NCBI GenBank assembly: GCA_965644495.1 | Contig: CBFFSA010000012.1 | Location: forward strand, 310,001 to 374,000 | Source of the DNA: Perkinsela sp. CCAP 1560/9 | Lineage: Eukaryota > Protista > Euglenozoa: Kinetoplastea | Direction of reading: 5' to 3' | DNA: 64,000 bases | Shown: piece by piece, positions 1 to 12,041 of the stretch | Layout of the letters: every line of letters begins with the position of its first letter | Position numbering within the stretch: position 1 is the first letter of the stretch | The notes under the pieces: generated by a model | Told to the model about the DNA's origin: nothing | Database searches by the model: none | Seen by the model: only the letters and a program-made list of their open reading frames with translations | Position numbers and translations under genes: made by a program

Positions 1-501
1 GTGGAAGAGTTCACAATCTGACTCCTCCGTCAGAATGGCCTGGAATTCCACCTTTACCAGTACAGAGTCAAGAAAGAGTTGAGAGAGGCATGGGGAGTCG
101 TAAGTTCTTATCAAACACTGGTACGGGCTTCGCTTCCCTTCACCCTTCTCCCCACCATCTTCAGCAGCACTCGATTCCTTCGGTGCCTTGCGCTCGGCTT
201 TGGTGGCGTGCTGCCGCTTCAGCACTATGCCAGCTATGGCCAGCAGAAGCTCTCCCGTAATCTTTTTATGAGCAGAGTTGCCCTCTTCCGTTAAATTAGC
301 AACTTTCAACTTTTCTCCCTGGGGAACCACATCACCAACCGCTTCTAGCACGGCAGAAGGGAAATTCAGGGCTTCTGCCCGCTTGCTGTGCCTTGCTTCG
401 AAAAGTGGTTGAAGAAGCATTTTGTCTTTGATTTTCAGTATTACGTATTTTCGAATGAGGCTGAACTCCCCTTCAAGGGCATCCACCAACGTATCAATCA
501 T
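1..501 (-). CDS. Partial ORF of unknown function, running off the left edge
   Basis: ATG at 501, then 167 open codons to base 1 (MIDTLVDALEGEFSLIRKYV...). Not in the ORF track because it has no stop in the window. No motif recognised. Confidence 0.4.
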   Translation of the reverse strand, partial: MIDTLVDALEGEFSLIRKYVILKIKDKMLLQPLFEARHSKRAEALNFPSAVLEAVGDVVPQGEKLKVANLTEEGNSAHKKITGELLLAIAGIVLKRQHATKAERKAPKESSAAEDGGEKGEGKRSPYQCLIRTYDSPCLSQLFLDSVLVKVEFQAILTEESDCELFH

Positions 502-799
502 GAGGAAAAAATAGAACTACCGAGAGTATAAACCTAGGGACACGATAAGTCACCCCCCTCTAAATTTTGTGAAGTCTTCGTTTGGGCTAATTTTTGTTGC
601 ATTTTGCGGATCTCGGTGATGCTTGTTTGGGGTTTGCTTGTTGGGATTGCTTGTTTGCGTGTTTCGGTGTACGCAAATTAAGTTCAGACTCAATTTTTCT
701 CTTAAAACTACCTCTCTATCCTCGATTACCATTGGAAGACGCTTTCGCAATATTTTTTTTGTAAACGACTCCTTAAGTGATGAAAATGTCATGGAATAG

Positions 800-862
800 A
801 AATGCATTAAGGGGTAAAAATGTCATTAAGGGGTAAAAATGTCATTATGGGGTAAAAATGGC
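800..862. repeat. Short tandem repeat, about 3 x 20 bp
   Basis: AAATGTCATTAAGGGGTAAA units. Confidence 0.8.
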
Positions 863-941
863 CGGGGAGCGGGGTTGGGTGTGGGCCTTGAAGGCACTCC
901 CGATCGCTCTCCCTTTGTAGTGAGGCCGCCAGGTTGCAAGT

Positions 942-1010
942 TTTGTCGATAGCGGGAATCGAACCTGCAGGTTGTAAGGCCCACCGTCTGCCAACTACGC
1001 CCGCACCGCA
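942..1010 (-). other. Degenerate tRNA-like / Pol III A-box and B-box element
   Basis: Minus strand has GGCGTAGTTGG (A-box-like) and GGTTCGATTCC (B-box) in a T-arm-like stem. The anticodon arm is poor, so it is not called a tRNA. Confidence 0.4.
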
Positions 1011-1177
1011 GTTTAGTAGTTTTTTGAACTATTTTCGTTATTTTTCGGAATTTTTATTGTACCTGTAGCCAATTATTGTGCCGCGGGGGTACATTAACCC
1101 GGACGGGTGTTTAATTGGGTCAACCGGAATTAGTTGCAAAGAAAAAGTCAGTAAAGTATTTTTTGGGCCTAAAATTA

Positions 1178-2155
1178 ATGATTTCACGTACGCGACTGTC
1201 AGACGTAGAAGCGCGGCCCACAAAGAAACGAAAAATAGATGACGGAAAGAAATCGTCTGTAGGGCAATTATCGGGAACAGATCTTCCGAAGTCGAATGCA
1301 ACAAACTGTAGGCCAGTGGTTACACGGAAGGGCAAAATCAGTAGAATCACATTACCCCAAGAATATACGTTAGAAGCTTTGGTAAGCGGACTGAGTGTGA
1401 AGCCAGAATGCTGGACCACTGAAACACCGGCTTGTGAGTGGACTGGAGTCTACTGCGATGAGGGTGGAAACGTTGAATCAATCCACTGGTCCTGGACACA
1501 TCTAGTAGGTTCACTTGATTTCGAACATATTCCCGCTACTGTGAAAGAGTTTGGAGCATTTTACTGTGGCCTCTCAGGTGACGTGAGTTTTGCAAATATT
1601 GCCACGGGAAGTTGCTTACACAGTTGCGTACTCAGCGATAACGCTCTGACCGGGTCGTTAGATCTGACTTTGCTTCCTGGTAGTATGAATGTGCTCAATT
1701 TAATGCGCAACTTTTTGACTGATTGTATATGTCTCGTAACTTTACCTCCCAACTTAGTGGAACTAAAACTTTCGTATAACGTACTGTCAGGAAAATTGGT
1801 ATTAACCAAACTACCCGGGACTCTTAAGGAGCTTCTCTTGGATCACAACGCGTTCGAAGGAAACGTAGATTTGCACCAACTCCCCCGTGTCATGACACAT
1901 CTCTTTTTGCATGAAAATAAGAAATTAAGGGGAAATTTGAGAGTGGCAAAGCTTCCTGTGGGAGTTCTTGACCACCTTGAGGAAGTATGGATGGGCACCT
2001 GTATATCCCTTGAGCGAGTCGCGTGCTCCTGTGTGCGGTCTTTTTTCAGTTTTGTGCAGAGTTTTTGGTTGGGTTTGCCTGGGTTTGCATTTTACTGGTT
2101 TCAGCCCTCTTACATTGCGCCCCAAGAAAAGGAAAGGAAAGAAAATTTCTCTTGA
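1178..2155 (+). CDS. Leucine-rich repeat protein, LRR family copy 1
   Basis: First ATG at 1178. Family N-cap GKI..LPQEY.L...TPACEWTGVYC, then LxLxxNxLxGxxDLxxLP repeats. KKRK motif near the N-terminus. Confidence 0.9.
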   Translation: MISRTRLSDVEARPTKKRKIDDGKKSSVGQLSGTDLPKSNATNCRPVVTRKGKISRITLPQEYTLEALVSGLSVKPECWTTETPACEWTGVYCDEGGNVESIHWSWTHLVGSLDFEHIPATVKEFGAFYCGLSGDVSFANIATGSCLHSCVLSDNALTGSLDLTLLPGSMNVLNLMRNFLTDCICLVTLPPNLVELKLSYNVLSGKLVLTKLPGTLKELLLDHNAFEGNVDLHQLPRVMTHLFLHENKKLRGNLRVAKLPVGVLDHLEEVWMGTCISLERVACSCVRSFFSFVQSFWLGLPGFAFYWFQPSYIAPQEKERKENFS

Positions 2156-2179
2156 ATTGTAGTAACCCGGTCCCTAATA

Positions 2180-3148
2180 TTTTAGGCTCTTCGTTAAACG
2201 AGGTGGTTGTTTTCAATTTAGAAGTTACTCATGCTGCGCGCTTAGCGTTGAAAACTACCACCGCGTTGAACGAAGAACCTAAAAAAGAAAAATGGCCAGG
2301 AAAGCCGAAGAAACTGGAAGGATTTGAGACAAAAATAGCCGATTTCTGGGGTAAAAATATGGGAATTTGTGTATTTTTGCTCTAAAATCGATATTTGCGT
2401 GCGGGAAATCACTCGTAGGCATGAATTCAAGGATACGATCAATAGCACGAAATTTTTTTGAAAAAATTATTTTTCGAAACAAACCCGCAGAAGCGGTAGC
2501 CGGGGTCTTGGCGCGCATTTTCCACTCCCCTACCCGGGGGTGACCCCCCCGCGTATCCGCAGGACGGGTCCGCCAAGTTCGGATTTTTTCGGAAAAAAAA
2601 ATTGAATAAAATTGCAACTTGGCGAAAAAAATAGCAAACAAATTATTATATATTTTTCCAAAATCGTTTCCCCTATTGTATTTTGAGAGTTTGTGACCTA
2701 TACTAGCTTTCTCCGCAGCTGTATTCGCAGGCTATCTCTTCTTCGAGCCGTGGTATGCCCGCGAAAATGGCCCATTTTTGACTAAAAAAGGTGAAAAAGT
2801 ATTTTTCGGACCCCAAGGGACCTTTTTGGGTCGAAAAAATGGTGTGGTTGGAGTCGTATTCTCTACCCAATACGTTTGGTAGGCTTTCATTCCTGCCTAC
2901 GAGTGATTTCCCGTACGCAAATGTCGGATTTAGTGCTCTGAGAGGTAAAATACGCAAAAATGGCCCCATTTTTACCCAAACATCGGCTATTATCATCAAC
3001 ATCGGCTATAATCATTCTGTTTTCTTCAGCTTTCCATACCAAATTTTCTTTTTTAGGCTCCTCGTTGGTGGTAGTTTTCAACGCGAAGCGCGCAGCATGA
3101 GTGACTTCTAAGTTGAAAACAACCACCGCGTTTAACGAAGAGCCTAAA
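2180..3148. mobile_element. Two head-to-head 5'-truncated copies of the palindrome-ended element (subfamily B)
   Basis: 99-bp palindrome at 2183-2281 followed by reversed body. Forward body from about 2444, ending in a palindrome at 3054-3146 that has a small deletion. Confidence 0.85.
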
Positions 3149-3154
3149 TTTGTA

Positions 3155-3209
3155 ATGCATATAGCACATTTATAATGCTATATGCACTATAAATGTGCTA
3201 TATGCATTA
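3155..3209. repeat. 21-bp-arm palindrome
   Basis: AATGCATATAGCACATTTATA ... TATAAATGTGCTATATGCATT. Confidence 0.75.
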
Positions 3210-4743
3210 GCAATGTGCAGCTTAATATGCATTATAATGTGCGGGTGCCAGGGCTTGATCATGACTGCAGAAGAAAACGGAATCGCCTACATCTGTTCAC
3301 CCTGTCCAAGTTTCAGTAGGCCTTTCCCGAAACCTTTCGTGGAGTCTTCTACAGTCCAGATTGTTGCCTCGCCACATTTTTTGCCACACCACCCGTCAGT
3401 AAAGTCCACTGTTCCACTAGGCAGCCGTATTCTGTTGCTTTTTTTGAAAAAATAAAAATAAAGTTTTTTAAAGTTTTATAGTAAAATAAAGTCAATAAAG
3501 TACTGTTTAGTAACTTTATTCGCAAACAAAAACTTTATTTTACTTTACTAAAGTTTCCGCGAATCCTGAAAAATAAACCATTTCGATAGGCGTACCACGG
3601 CTCCAAGAAGGGGTATCTTGCCAAAACAACCTCGTAGAAAGCCAGATAGCCTGCGAAAACAACTGCGGAGAAAGCTAGTATAGGTCCCAAACTATCAAAA
3701 TACAATAGGTGAAACGGTTTTGAAGAAATATTTTTGTTTACTTTATTGTTAAAGTGTGAGAAATTGGTCTCTTGAAAAATGTGAAGAAAGTGATAATCCA
3801 TCTATCGGATGCACGCATTTGAGAGCCTTGGTTCCATGCTATAACGCGCAAAGTCTTTGTGTTGGGAACAGCAAAATGCAACAAAAATGAGCTCAAACGG
3901 ACACTTGGCTGAAAAGTTAGAGGGGGGTGACTTTTTGCTGTGGGGGGGTTATTGCTGTGTTTCTCTTTATAATTTATTTTAACTGTTTCTATTCACTTTT
4001 TAATCGAGGGTAGAGCGATAGTTATACAACCACCGCAAATTTTGCAGCTATGTTCACAAGGTAATTAAGTGCCAAGCTTGCACGCCATCCATCAGTTCTG
4101 GCCACTGAGCGTCCCAGTGGCCAAATTTAGCACATGCCAGTCATTATAGACTCCGATCGATTTGTTGGGTTCTTTAAAAAGGTTTTCTATGCCTGATCGA
4201 TCACTTTTGTTATCTCCAAATGATACAACTCGCGCGAAGTATAGCTTGACTTGCCCCGCTCGGGTGCCAGTCACGCACACTTCCTGTAGGATGGAAGGTC
4301 GGACGTTCCCTTGCAGGAGAATTAAGTGTACCTGTATTTTTTGTCATTACTTAGCTTTCCATTCTTTTCTTGGTTCATTTTTTGTTTGTTTGTTTGTTTG
4401 GTACAGGAGCGCCTGCAATTCCCACGTGCAGACGCCACAAGTACCACTCCGGCTCCCGACTGATTCCATGTACGGGGACGCAAGGCTCTCCCAGGGCGCT
4501 TCACCAGTGACACTGTACACTATGTAGTGAGCCTACTACACCCCCGTTCAGAAAAAATATTACAAAAGTTTTGAGAGCATGGAAAGAGCTTTTTAGTAGT
4601 CTTTTTCGTAGTTACTCGGATACGTTAGGATAACAACGGAAAAATAGTCAGAATTCATCATTTTGCAGTACGACCAAAAAAAATATTATCTTAAATTTTT
4701 ATCTGAAAATTGTCTACTTTCTGGGATTTGTTCTTATTTTTCA

Positions 4744-5694
4744 ATGTCACAAACGGACTCAAATCTCTCTGCGGAGAGTCTTTTCGTGTCTTCCGCAACG
4801 GATACAGACTGGGAAGCTTCTGAAACGGAGTATAATTCATCTTGCTCGACTACGGGGGATTCTGAAGAATCCGAATCTACCTACCACGAAAGTGGTTCAG
4901 ATATCGCTTTCGTTGTAGGTGAAGATATCGATTCGGAAAGTTGCGATTCCGAAGATACATGTATGACTCTCCCCTTTCTTTATCAAAAATCGAAACTGAA
5001 GCACCATTCAACGAAATGTATAGCGGATCACACTTTTCAAGCAGATCTATTAGAAATCACTCAGAGCATATCGAATCACTTGGCATCCACTTTAGAATCC
5101 CCCGCCTTAGAACCCCCAGAACTACAGATTCAGCAAAGTGGAGAAGTTCAGAAGACGTCTTCCGAAGTTTGTCTCGCACTCAGAGACTGCAACGAACCCC
5201 CGGACGTACAGGTGATGGAGCGAAGGGCAGTTGAGATTACCGGTGATTCGTTGGAATCCCCTTCCGAAATTGAGGCTTCTCATTCAACCACACCTTTAGT
5301 CACGCATAAAAAAAACAATTCGTTCGCTAAATCGAACTGTGCAGGCACAGAGAAATGCGATAAAGCGTTTAAAGAAGAGCCTGCGGATTCAAAGGGGGGT
5401 TATGCATCTGAGGAACGAGAGGCTCGTTCAAAAGAGTTCGTCCGTGTTTCTGTACTCGAATCTGACGAATGCAGGATAAGGTGCCAGATGCTTAGGCACG
5501 AAGTTCTTGAATATTCTCATAGACTTGATTCCCTAAAAAACTCATATTCTACACTGTTTGGAGAGCAGCAGCGAATTCTACGAAGCATGCGGGAGTTAAG
5601 AAAACAGATGGTCGAGGGGCCTACTGGCTTGGCTTTTATTTTTCCCCGCAGTGCATCGCTGATCAAGAAGAAATTCGTAGAAATCAGCGCATAA
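4744..5694 (+). CDS. Hypothetical protein, acidic Ser-rich N-terminus and C-terminal coiled-coil-like region
   Basis: 316-aa ORF from the first ATG, on the gene-cluster strand. Confidence 0.7.
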   Translation: MSQTDSNLSAESLFVSSATDTDWEASETEYNSSCSTTGDSEESESTYHESGSDIAFVVGEDIDSESCDSEDTCMTLPFLYQKSKLKHHSTKCIADHTFQADLLEITQSISNHLASTLESPALEPPELQIQQSGEVQKTSSEVCLALRDCNEPPDVQVMERRAVEITGDSLESPSEIEASHSTTPLVTHKKNNSFAKSNCAGTEKCDKAFKEEPADSKGGYASEEREARSKEFVRVSVLESDECRIRCQMLRHEVLEYSHRLDSLKNSYSTLFGEQQRILRSMRELRKQMVEGPTGLAFIFPRSASLIKKKFVEISA

Positions 5695-6492
5695 TCACGT
5701 TTGTGGAGACAAAGGGACAGGAAGAATTTTCTCCAGAAAGTGCAGATCAACCTTTTGTACCTTAGTCCTCCCTTCATTACTCTATCATAGACTATGGGCG
5801 CTTAAGCAAATATTTATCGTTAATATCTCATAATTATCATCCTCGTTTATTCGCAATCTATCCTTACAGCGAAACAAATTGGTTCATCCTATCAGCTAAA
5901 GTGCTGTATATCACCCTCCTTCCACCTACCCTCTCTCATTAATTTTAATAAATATAAATTTTCATTTTTGTTATAATTTATATTTATAAAAATTAATGAG
6001 AGGGGGAGTACACTCTTTCTGAATGTCTGGACGGAGAGGTGAGGTGCCTAGTAACTTCAGTGCCTGGCATGCAAAGGGAATATGAGCGAAGTCGGAACTC
6101 ATTATTTTTATTCCCCCAACGTTTTGTAGGGGACAAAGAGGATCCCGATCATTCGCAAATGAACCTCGACCACGCCAAGCCGTGATTCCTTCATTGTGAT
6201 AAACATCCCCGCTTAAATCAGTGTCGATGAAGGAGTGCGCAATCATTCCTTGATATAGATTTTGAAATATGAAATGTGTTTATAAGTATGGAAGATGTGG
6301 CACAATTCGTCGTAGGCGTTCGTAGAACGCTCCTCATCTTAAACTAATGGAGTAGTATGTACACGGCGTGTAGAACAGTGGAGATGTGCAGTGACTGCAT
6401 CGAATAATTTAATTTTGTTCATTGTTTCAGCAATGTCGTACAACATGATTATGTCATGCTCCACAGATCTCCTGGATTACAAAATAAAGTAA

Positions 6493-6690
6493 TTCTTTGT
6501 TAGGCTCTTCGTTAAACGCGGTGGTTGTTTGCAACTTAGAAGTTACTCATGGTGCGCGCTTCGCGTTGAAAACTACCACCGCGTTTAACGAAGAGCCTAA
6601 GAAAGAAAATTTGGCCTGGAAAGCCAAAAATATCCTATCTTCAAAAAATGTGGTCATTTTTGGGTATTTTTGCTCTCAGAGCACTAAATG
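6493..6690 (-). mobile_element. 3' fragment of the palindrome-ended element
   Basis: Palindrome 6501-6599 plus about 90 bp of body. Confidence 0.85.
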
Positions 6691-7121
6691 CCGGCGTTGG
6701 TAATACCTTCTCAGGATAATAGCAAAGCCACGTTTTCTCAGCCTCGGAAATGGAGCTTGCTTGCCTGAAATGATGAATATAACAAAAACATCAATGTCAG
6801 GTACTTCCCCTGAATAAAAGGGGGATGTTTTCATAGGCTAGTGATCTTTCGGGCAGCGAGCTGACAGAAAGGCTAGCAAATGAGAACTGTTTCACTTATA
6901 CCTAATAGGTTCTACTTAATAGGTAGCTGCCCACTACAGTAACCTTCATTTGCGGGTAACGGGATGGTCTTCTTGATGGGAACTGTTGACAAAATGTTGT
7001 TACAAAGGAGATGAAATACGTTATTTAAAACTATGAGGTTGAATAAAAGGCATATAAACAAAAATTCAATATACGCACGTCTAAATTAACGAATCGTTTT
7101 TTGTTTTTGTTTTGCGATAGA

Positions 7122-8725
7122 TTACGTTCGAAACTGCACGTGCAACTGTGCTTGTTGCACGGCATTAACCATTAACGCGTGATCCGTGCACAATCCTTTC
7201 TGTTGACGTGTAAGAGAATTTGCCGGATTTTCTTTAGAAGAAATGTAAAAGACATTAAAGCTCTTGCTATGAGTTTCTTGAAATTCAGAAAGTAACGTCA
7301 GTTGATCACATATTTCGTGCCGTACCGACGTTCGTCTCTGCAAAGCCCGTACAACATCCGTGTTGTCACACCCCAAAAGCACGTGGAGCCCGTAACCACC
7401 CGGAGTGTAAGGCATCGACTGCAGTTTCAAACTCCAAGGCGTATATATCGCATTTTTTAGAGACTACTCGGCTAACTTCCTCAATTATAGTATGATTGGG
7501 GTGAAGAACACAATAGCCCGTGTAACTCAAAGAAGCATCAGAGAAAGCTACCACGTGATGTGATGGGATGGTTGGAGGGTTTCGAGGTTGGAGGGATTCG
7601 GCTTATTGGCCACCACGCGAGATAAAGCGTCGGCAACGGGTTTTTCCTCCTTTTGTGTGATTGGATAGTATTTGTTTCCGACACAGCGTGCAAGACGTTT
7701 GCTGATTACTCTGATCTCGTAAATGCCAGCGAATGGAAAATCACTGACCAAAGTGTCCCAAACTACAATTCCAATTAGATGTTGCAAGAAACGCACTGTA
7801 GTGCAGCATCCTACCGAGAGTTGTGCCCAACGCTCAACGTTGGATACGCAATGTTTCCAATGCAATTTTTCCTCCACCCACCAATACGTGATCCCTAGGA
7901 ACGTGCCGGAAGATTGAGGTGGTTCCAGGTATTTCCACACAACACCACATCCTTTAGGTGGGGGCTTGGAGCAAGATTGCAATTTACGAAAGAGCTCCGT
8001 GAGAAATCCACCTCTATTTGAAACCACAAAAATATTATCATACCATACAAAAACAACGCCGATATTTTCCTCTTTGCTAATTTTTCGGATCCACACATAA
8101 GAAGGAAATGTACTCTTCCCTCCACCATCGATTCGTACCCCTGCGGTAGGATGGTTAACACTATTGCCCAAATTAAGCACTGGGAGAAATATGGGGCCCA
8201 AGAAAACCCCATAGGTAGCACTTTAAGTGTGAAAACCCTACCAGCGCATTGAAATGATACATAATTTTCTATTCTTGAGGGAAGGGGAATTTGGTGGAAG
8301 CCATGCCGCATATCTTCAGATAACATTTGTGCCTTAGAAAAACATGATATTGCGAATCTAATTTCCTCTAAAGGTGGTAAGTTCGCTGACAGGGGTTTCT
8401 TGCACAATGCATTTATGAGAGTATCATCAAAGATGCTGCGCGAGAAAGAGCAAGTTTTTGAAATTGCAAAATACCTTAGAAACACTCGAGAAACTCGGCG
8501 TGGATCTTTGATTTCCCTCAGGACTCCGCAGTTCACCAAGTCGAGCAGATGCTGTAGCCATTTTCTCTCTGAGTGCGAGCCGTGGCGGCTTTTGATAGGT
8601 CCCAGTCCGACCATTTCCATGAAAAAAGAACCATTTAGAAGAGCTTCGGACGTGTCCACTGCCCACTGATAACCAAATTTGCGCGCCATTGTATTGATGT
8701 GAGATATTTGAAGAACTCCAGACAT
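7122..8725 (-). pseudogene. Reverse transcriptase/RNase H of a tyrosine-recombinase retrotransposon (VIPER/TATE/DIRS type), frameshifted
   Basis: RT motifs DMRHGFHQIPL, LPMGFSWAP and VWYDN; RNase H motifs FSDAS, IYALE, CDN and ENPANSLTR; spread over four frames. Confidence 0.9.
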
Positions 8726-9055
8726 AGTGATAGGATCTAGGGGAAGAGTCTTTTGAACTCGGTCTCCTAGTCGGACATTTTCCTCCGGAGGAGAGGAGTA
8801 CTATGTATAAGTCTATAATGTAAGAGGAGTATTATGTTGAGTTGTATTCATACGATCGATGTATACTGTTGATAACGCCTTGACAACTTTGTATTTTATT
8901 CCTCTCGATTTCGTGACTGTTAATGAGAAGAAACAGTCGCCCATTAGTAAAGATAAAATTCTTTGTTTTATTCATTCTTGTAGACATCGTAATACAGTAT
9001 ATAGTTTCTTCTACATAAGATTTGGGTGGGATCGGGTTAAACTGCATTGACTCGT

Positions 9056-9636
9056 TCAGTAGTTTAATGGAAGCGAAAATATAATTAAAGGAAATGCAAG
9101 CGCCCCATGGGGTACGCGCTGAAGTATCGAGCGAATTACAGTTTCTCCTTTTTGACTCAGTGGTTTAAACCTCGGTTTGTTAGACGTTACCTTCCTGGAC
9201 TTGTCGCATCGCAGAAGCAGATGAGCCGGACTTGCACCGCACAAGTCTCCCCCTCGTACGAGTTCCACCTCGCATGATCGTAGTGCTGCGTGGAACTGAA
9301 CTTGGACAGCATCACCGAGCTGCTTCCCATCTGGTAGAGCTCTCAACCACACAACCAGGTGACTTAACATACTTTCTGATATAAAACCACGTGGAGGTAT
9401 ATATAAAACCACGTGGAGGTACCGGAGTTCAATGTTCCTTGAAGAGCACACAGCTTCATCGCGAATCCAAAGTCTCCGCTTTGCGGGGCCACAAGCGCAC
9501 GGCGAATCGCTTGACCCCCCCGAGAGCTGTCGCCACTCCCACCATGAGCTGAAGCGCGCTCAAAAATGTCATCAATGCCATGCTTAACATGGCATTCTGA
9601 CCTTAACATGGCAGACTGCGCCGGAAATCGCATCAA
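9056..9636 (-). pseudogene. Tyrosine recombinase remnant upstream of the RT (YR-RT-RH order)
   Basis: RGFISESML...QFHAALRSCEV..GDL box-I-like motif and a downstream DK. Frame broken by a tandem duplication at 9379-9421. Confidence 0.75.
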
Positions 9637-10246
9637 GGATCTCGGGCCGCAAGGTGACCCCCATTCGTTTCATTGAACAGAGGCTCAGAAATGCTTGGTG
9701 AGCGTCTCCGATTCCTGAAATTGAGTCGGGAACCAAGTTCGGAAGAGCGTCGGGCATAGGTACTCAAAGATAAAATAGGATAGTAACTTTCAGTCTCCTT
9801 GAAAACAAAAACATGTCATTTTGTTCGCTGCATGCTTAGCTTTTATTCACCTGATGATCACAATGACTTATATGATTGAATTGTCCTTTTCCATTGACGA
9901 ACGAAATTAATTGAATTAATTTCGTTATAGCCACATTTGATTGTCTTCACAATGTGTATAGTCTTCGAACTCATTGGAAGAGACGTCAAAAAACGGCGAA
10001 CCATTACCCAACATATCATTCACTACCTCGATATCAGGGGGCGTCAGAAGAAAGGAACCATCTTCACGACGTGCTGTCCACTTGATAAACCGGGGATTCA
10101 ACCATTGAATGGTCTCGAAAAAGTTACAGACATGCTCGCGGCGGAGGCGGGCTCGATGACGCTGGAAGGCATCTGATGTGATAGGCTCCGCTTGTAAGTA
10201 CCCTTCAAGTTCAAAAACACAAAAACAAAATATGTTTTAATTAGTA

Positions 10247-10427
10247 CTATCCCCCCTCCCCTTAAGCGCACCCGGTCAGATCCCCCCTTTTAAGCGCACA
10301 TAGAGTTGAAGGGAAGAGACCGACGCCGCGAAAGGGCGCCAAATTTTTTTTACGTAGTGATTCAGACCCCCCCCCGTTTAAGCGCACTTTTCAGTGAAAA
10401 CGAGGTGCTCTTAAACGGGGGGGACAG
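10247..10427. mobile_element. MITE, TA-flanked
   Basis: TA-CTATCCCCCC ... GGGGGGACAG-TA, with internal TTAAGCGCAC repeats. Confidence 0.65.
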
Positions 10428-10729
10428 TATTTTAAATAGTACTAATTTTAGCATCTACATTCTAACCTTCAGGACAATTTCGTGCCACCCAAGAAATCGT
10501 CACCAGGAATACACCTGTAGGTTGGTTCAGTTGGTTCAATCGTGGTTCATTGAACCAAAAGGTGTGTACTATAGGACCAGGCCTCGGGGGGGGGGGTGTA
10601 AACCGCGGTTTCGCGCGGGTTCGTCGCGAGTTCGCTGGACACCACCCGCAGCCCCTCAAATATCGAAAGCGGGAAATTATGGCCCAAAGGCTTTTCTTCT
10701 TCTTTCTCAATTTTGTTTAACGAAGTCTT

Positions 10730-11732
10730 ATGATTGACAGGTTGCGATACGAGAATATATTACGAGCGGGTGTTTCGTATGCTTTATTGCGCATCTCCTT
10801 CACTACGAGTGTAGATGAGTGTCTTCAGCAACCGGCGCAAAAGAGACGAAAATTTGGAAGTAAGGTGAGCTTCGTAACTTTGCCTGAGATTGAAATGATG
10901 CGTCGGCTCGTCCAATATGTCAAAAAAAACCCTCCCTCATGGAAGAGCACGTCCGCGTGCTCTTGGGAAGGAGTGAAGTGCAACTCTGACTCACAAGTCA
11001 TACAACTCTGGTGGAATCATTTCGATCTTTCCGGAAACATTACATGGATTTTTTTACCTCCCCGCGTTGAAAAAGTTGGAGCTCAACGTCGTCCGAATAA
11101 TGGGCGACTCACAGGGACATTATCCTCCTCTGATTTCACTTCCTCATTGATGATTTTTTCTGTTGCTTATCATTACCATCAAGGAGTATTCGATTTCTCT
11201 ACACTTCCTTCTTCTATGAAAGATCTTATGATATCCTACAATCGTCTACAAGGCACCGTCGACCTGACTCAGCTACCCCCGAATATGAGCATTTCTTAAT
11301 GCTGATCACAACCAATTCGAGGGTACAATTCAACTTTCTTCGTTGCCCAAGACTATCGACTATATTAACTTGAGTTATAATCAATTAAGTGGTACACTTA
11401 ATCTTGATGGTCTCCCAGAGTCACTGTGGAAGTTAGAATTAGGAGGGAACATGTTTGAGGGCACAATTAATGTTTCGTCTCTTTCTCCAAGTTTTAGTGC
11501 TTTGGATGTTTCGAATAACAAAATCAGTGGGGTCGTGGATTTGACAGCGCATGGTCTAGAAGGGATAGGTATTAACCTTTGCGACAATCCTATTACGGCG
11601 GTGATCTACAAAGATTTGCTACCTGGGGTCAGTCAGTGTGGTTATCATCGTATAAACGATTCCGTTACTCGATATACCCCAGAAACGTACGCCGCTTTTA
11701 TGTCAGAAAAATCCGTCAAGAAAGGTGTATGA
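10730..11732 (+). pseudogene. LRR family copy 2, single frameshift near 11291
   Basis: ORF 10730-11299 continues in a shifted frame as FLNADHNQFEGTIQLSSLPK into ORF 11343-11732. Could be a real lesion or a sequence error. Confidence 0.8.
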
Positions 11733-12041
11733 CTCAAGTTTAATCTCACAAACGGGGGTCGTTTATTGTCAATATTCGACTATTGTTAGCAAAAAATATC
11801 CAAAAAAATTGTTAACAACACGCGAGCCCCCCCTTTACTCTAATGGTTTAAGTTGAGGAGCTGCGGGTGAGGTCCCGCGAGATCCTTCTAAACAAGCTCA
11901 GACATAGATTGTATGTAGTAGCGTAGTTTTTTTCAACGGGTTTGTCCTCACTTACATTTCCATTTTCTGGGTGCGTTTTTCATCATAAATTATGATACAT
12001 GTATTATGATACATGCTATAACTTTTATCATGCTAAAACTC

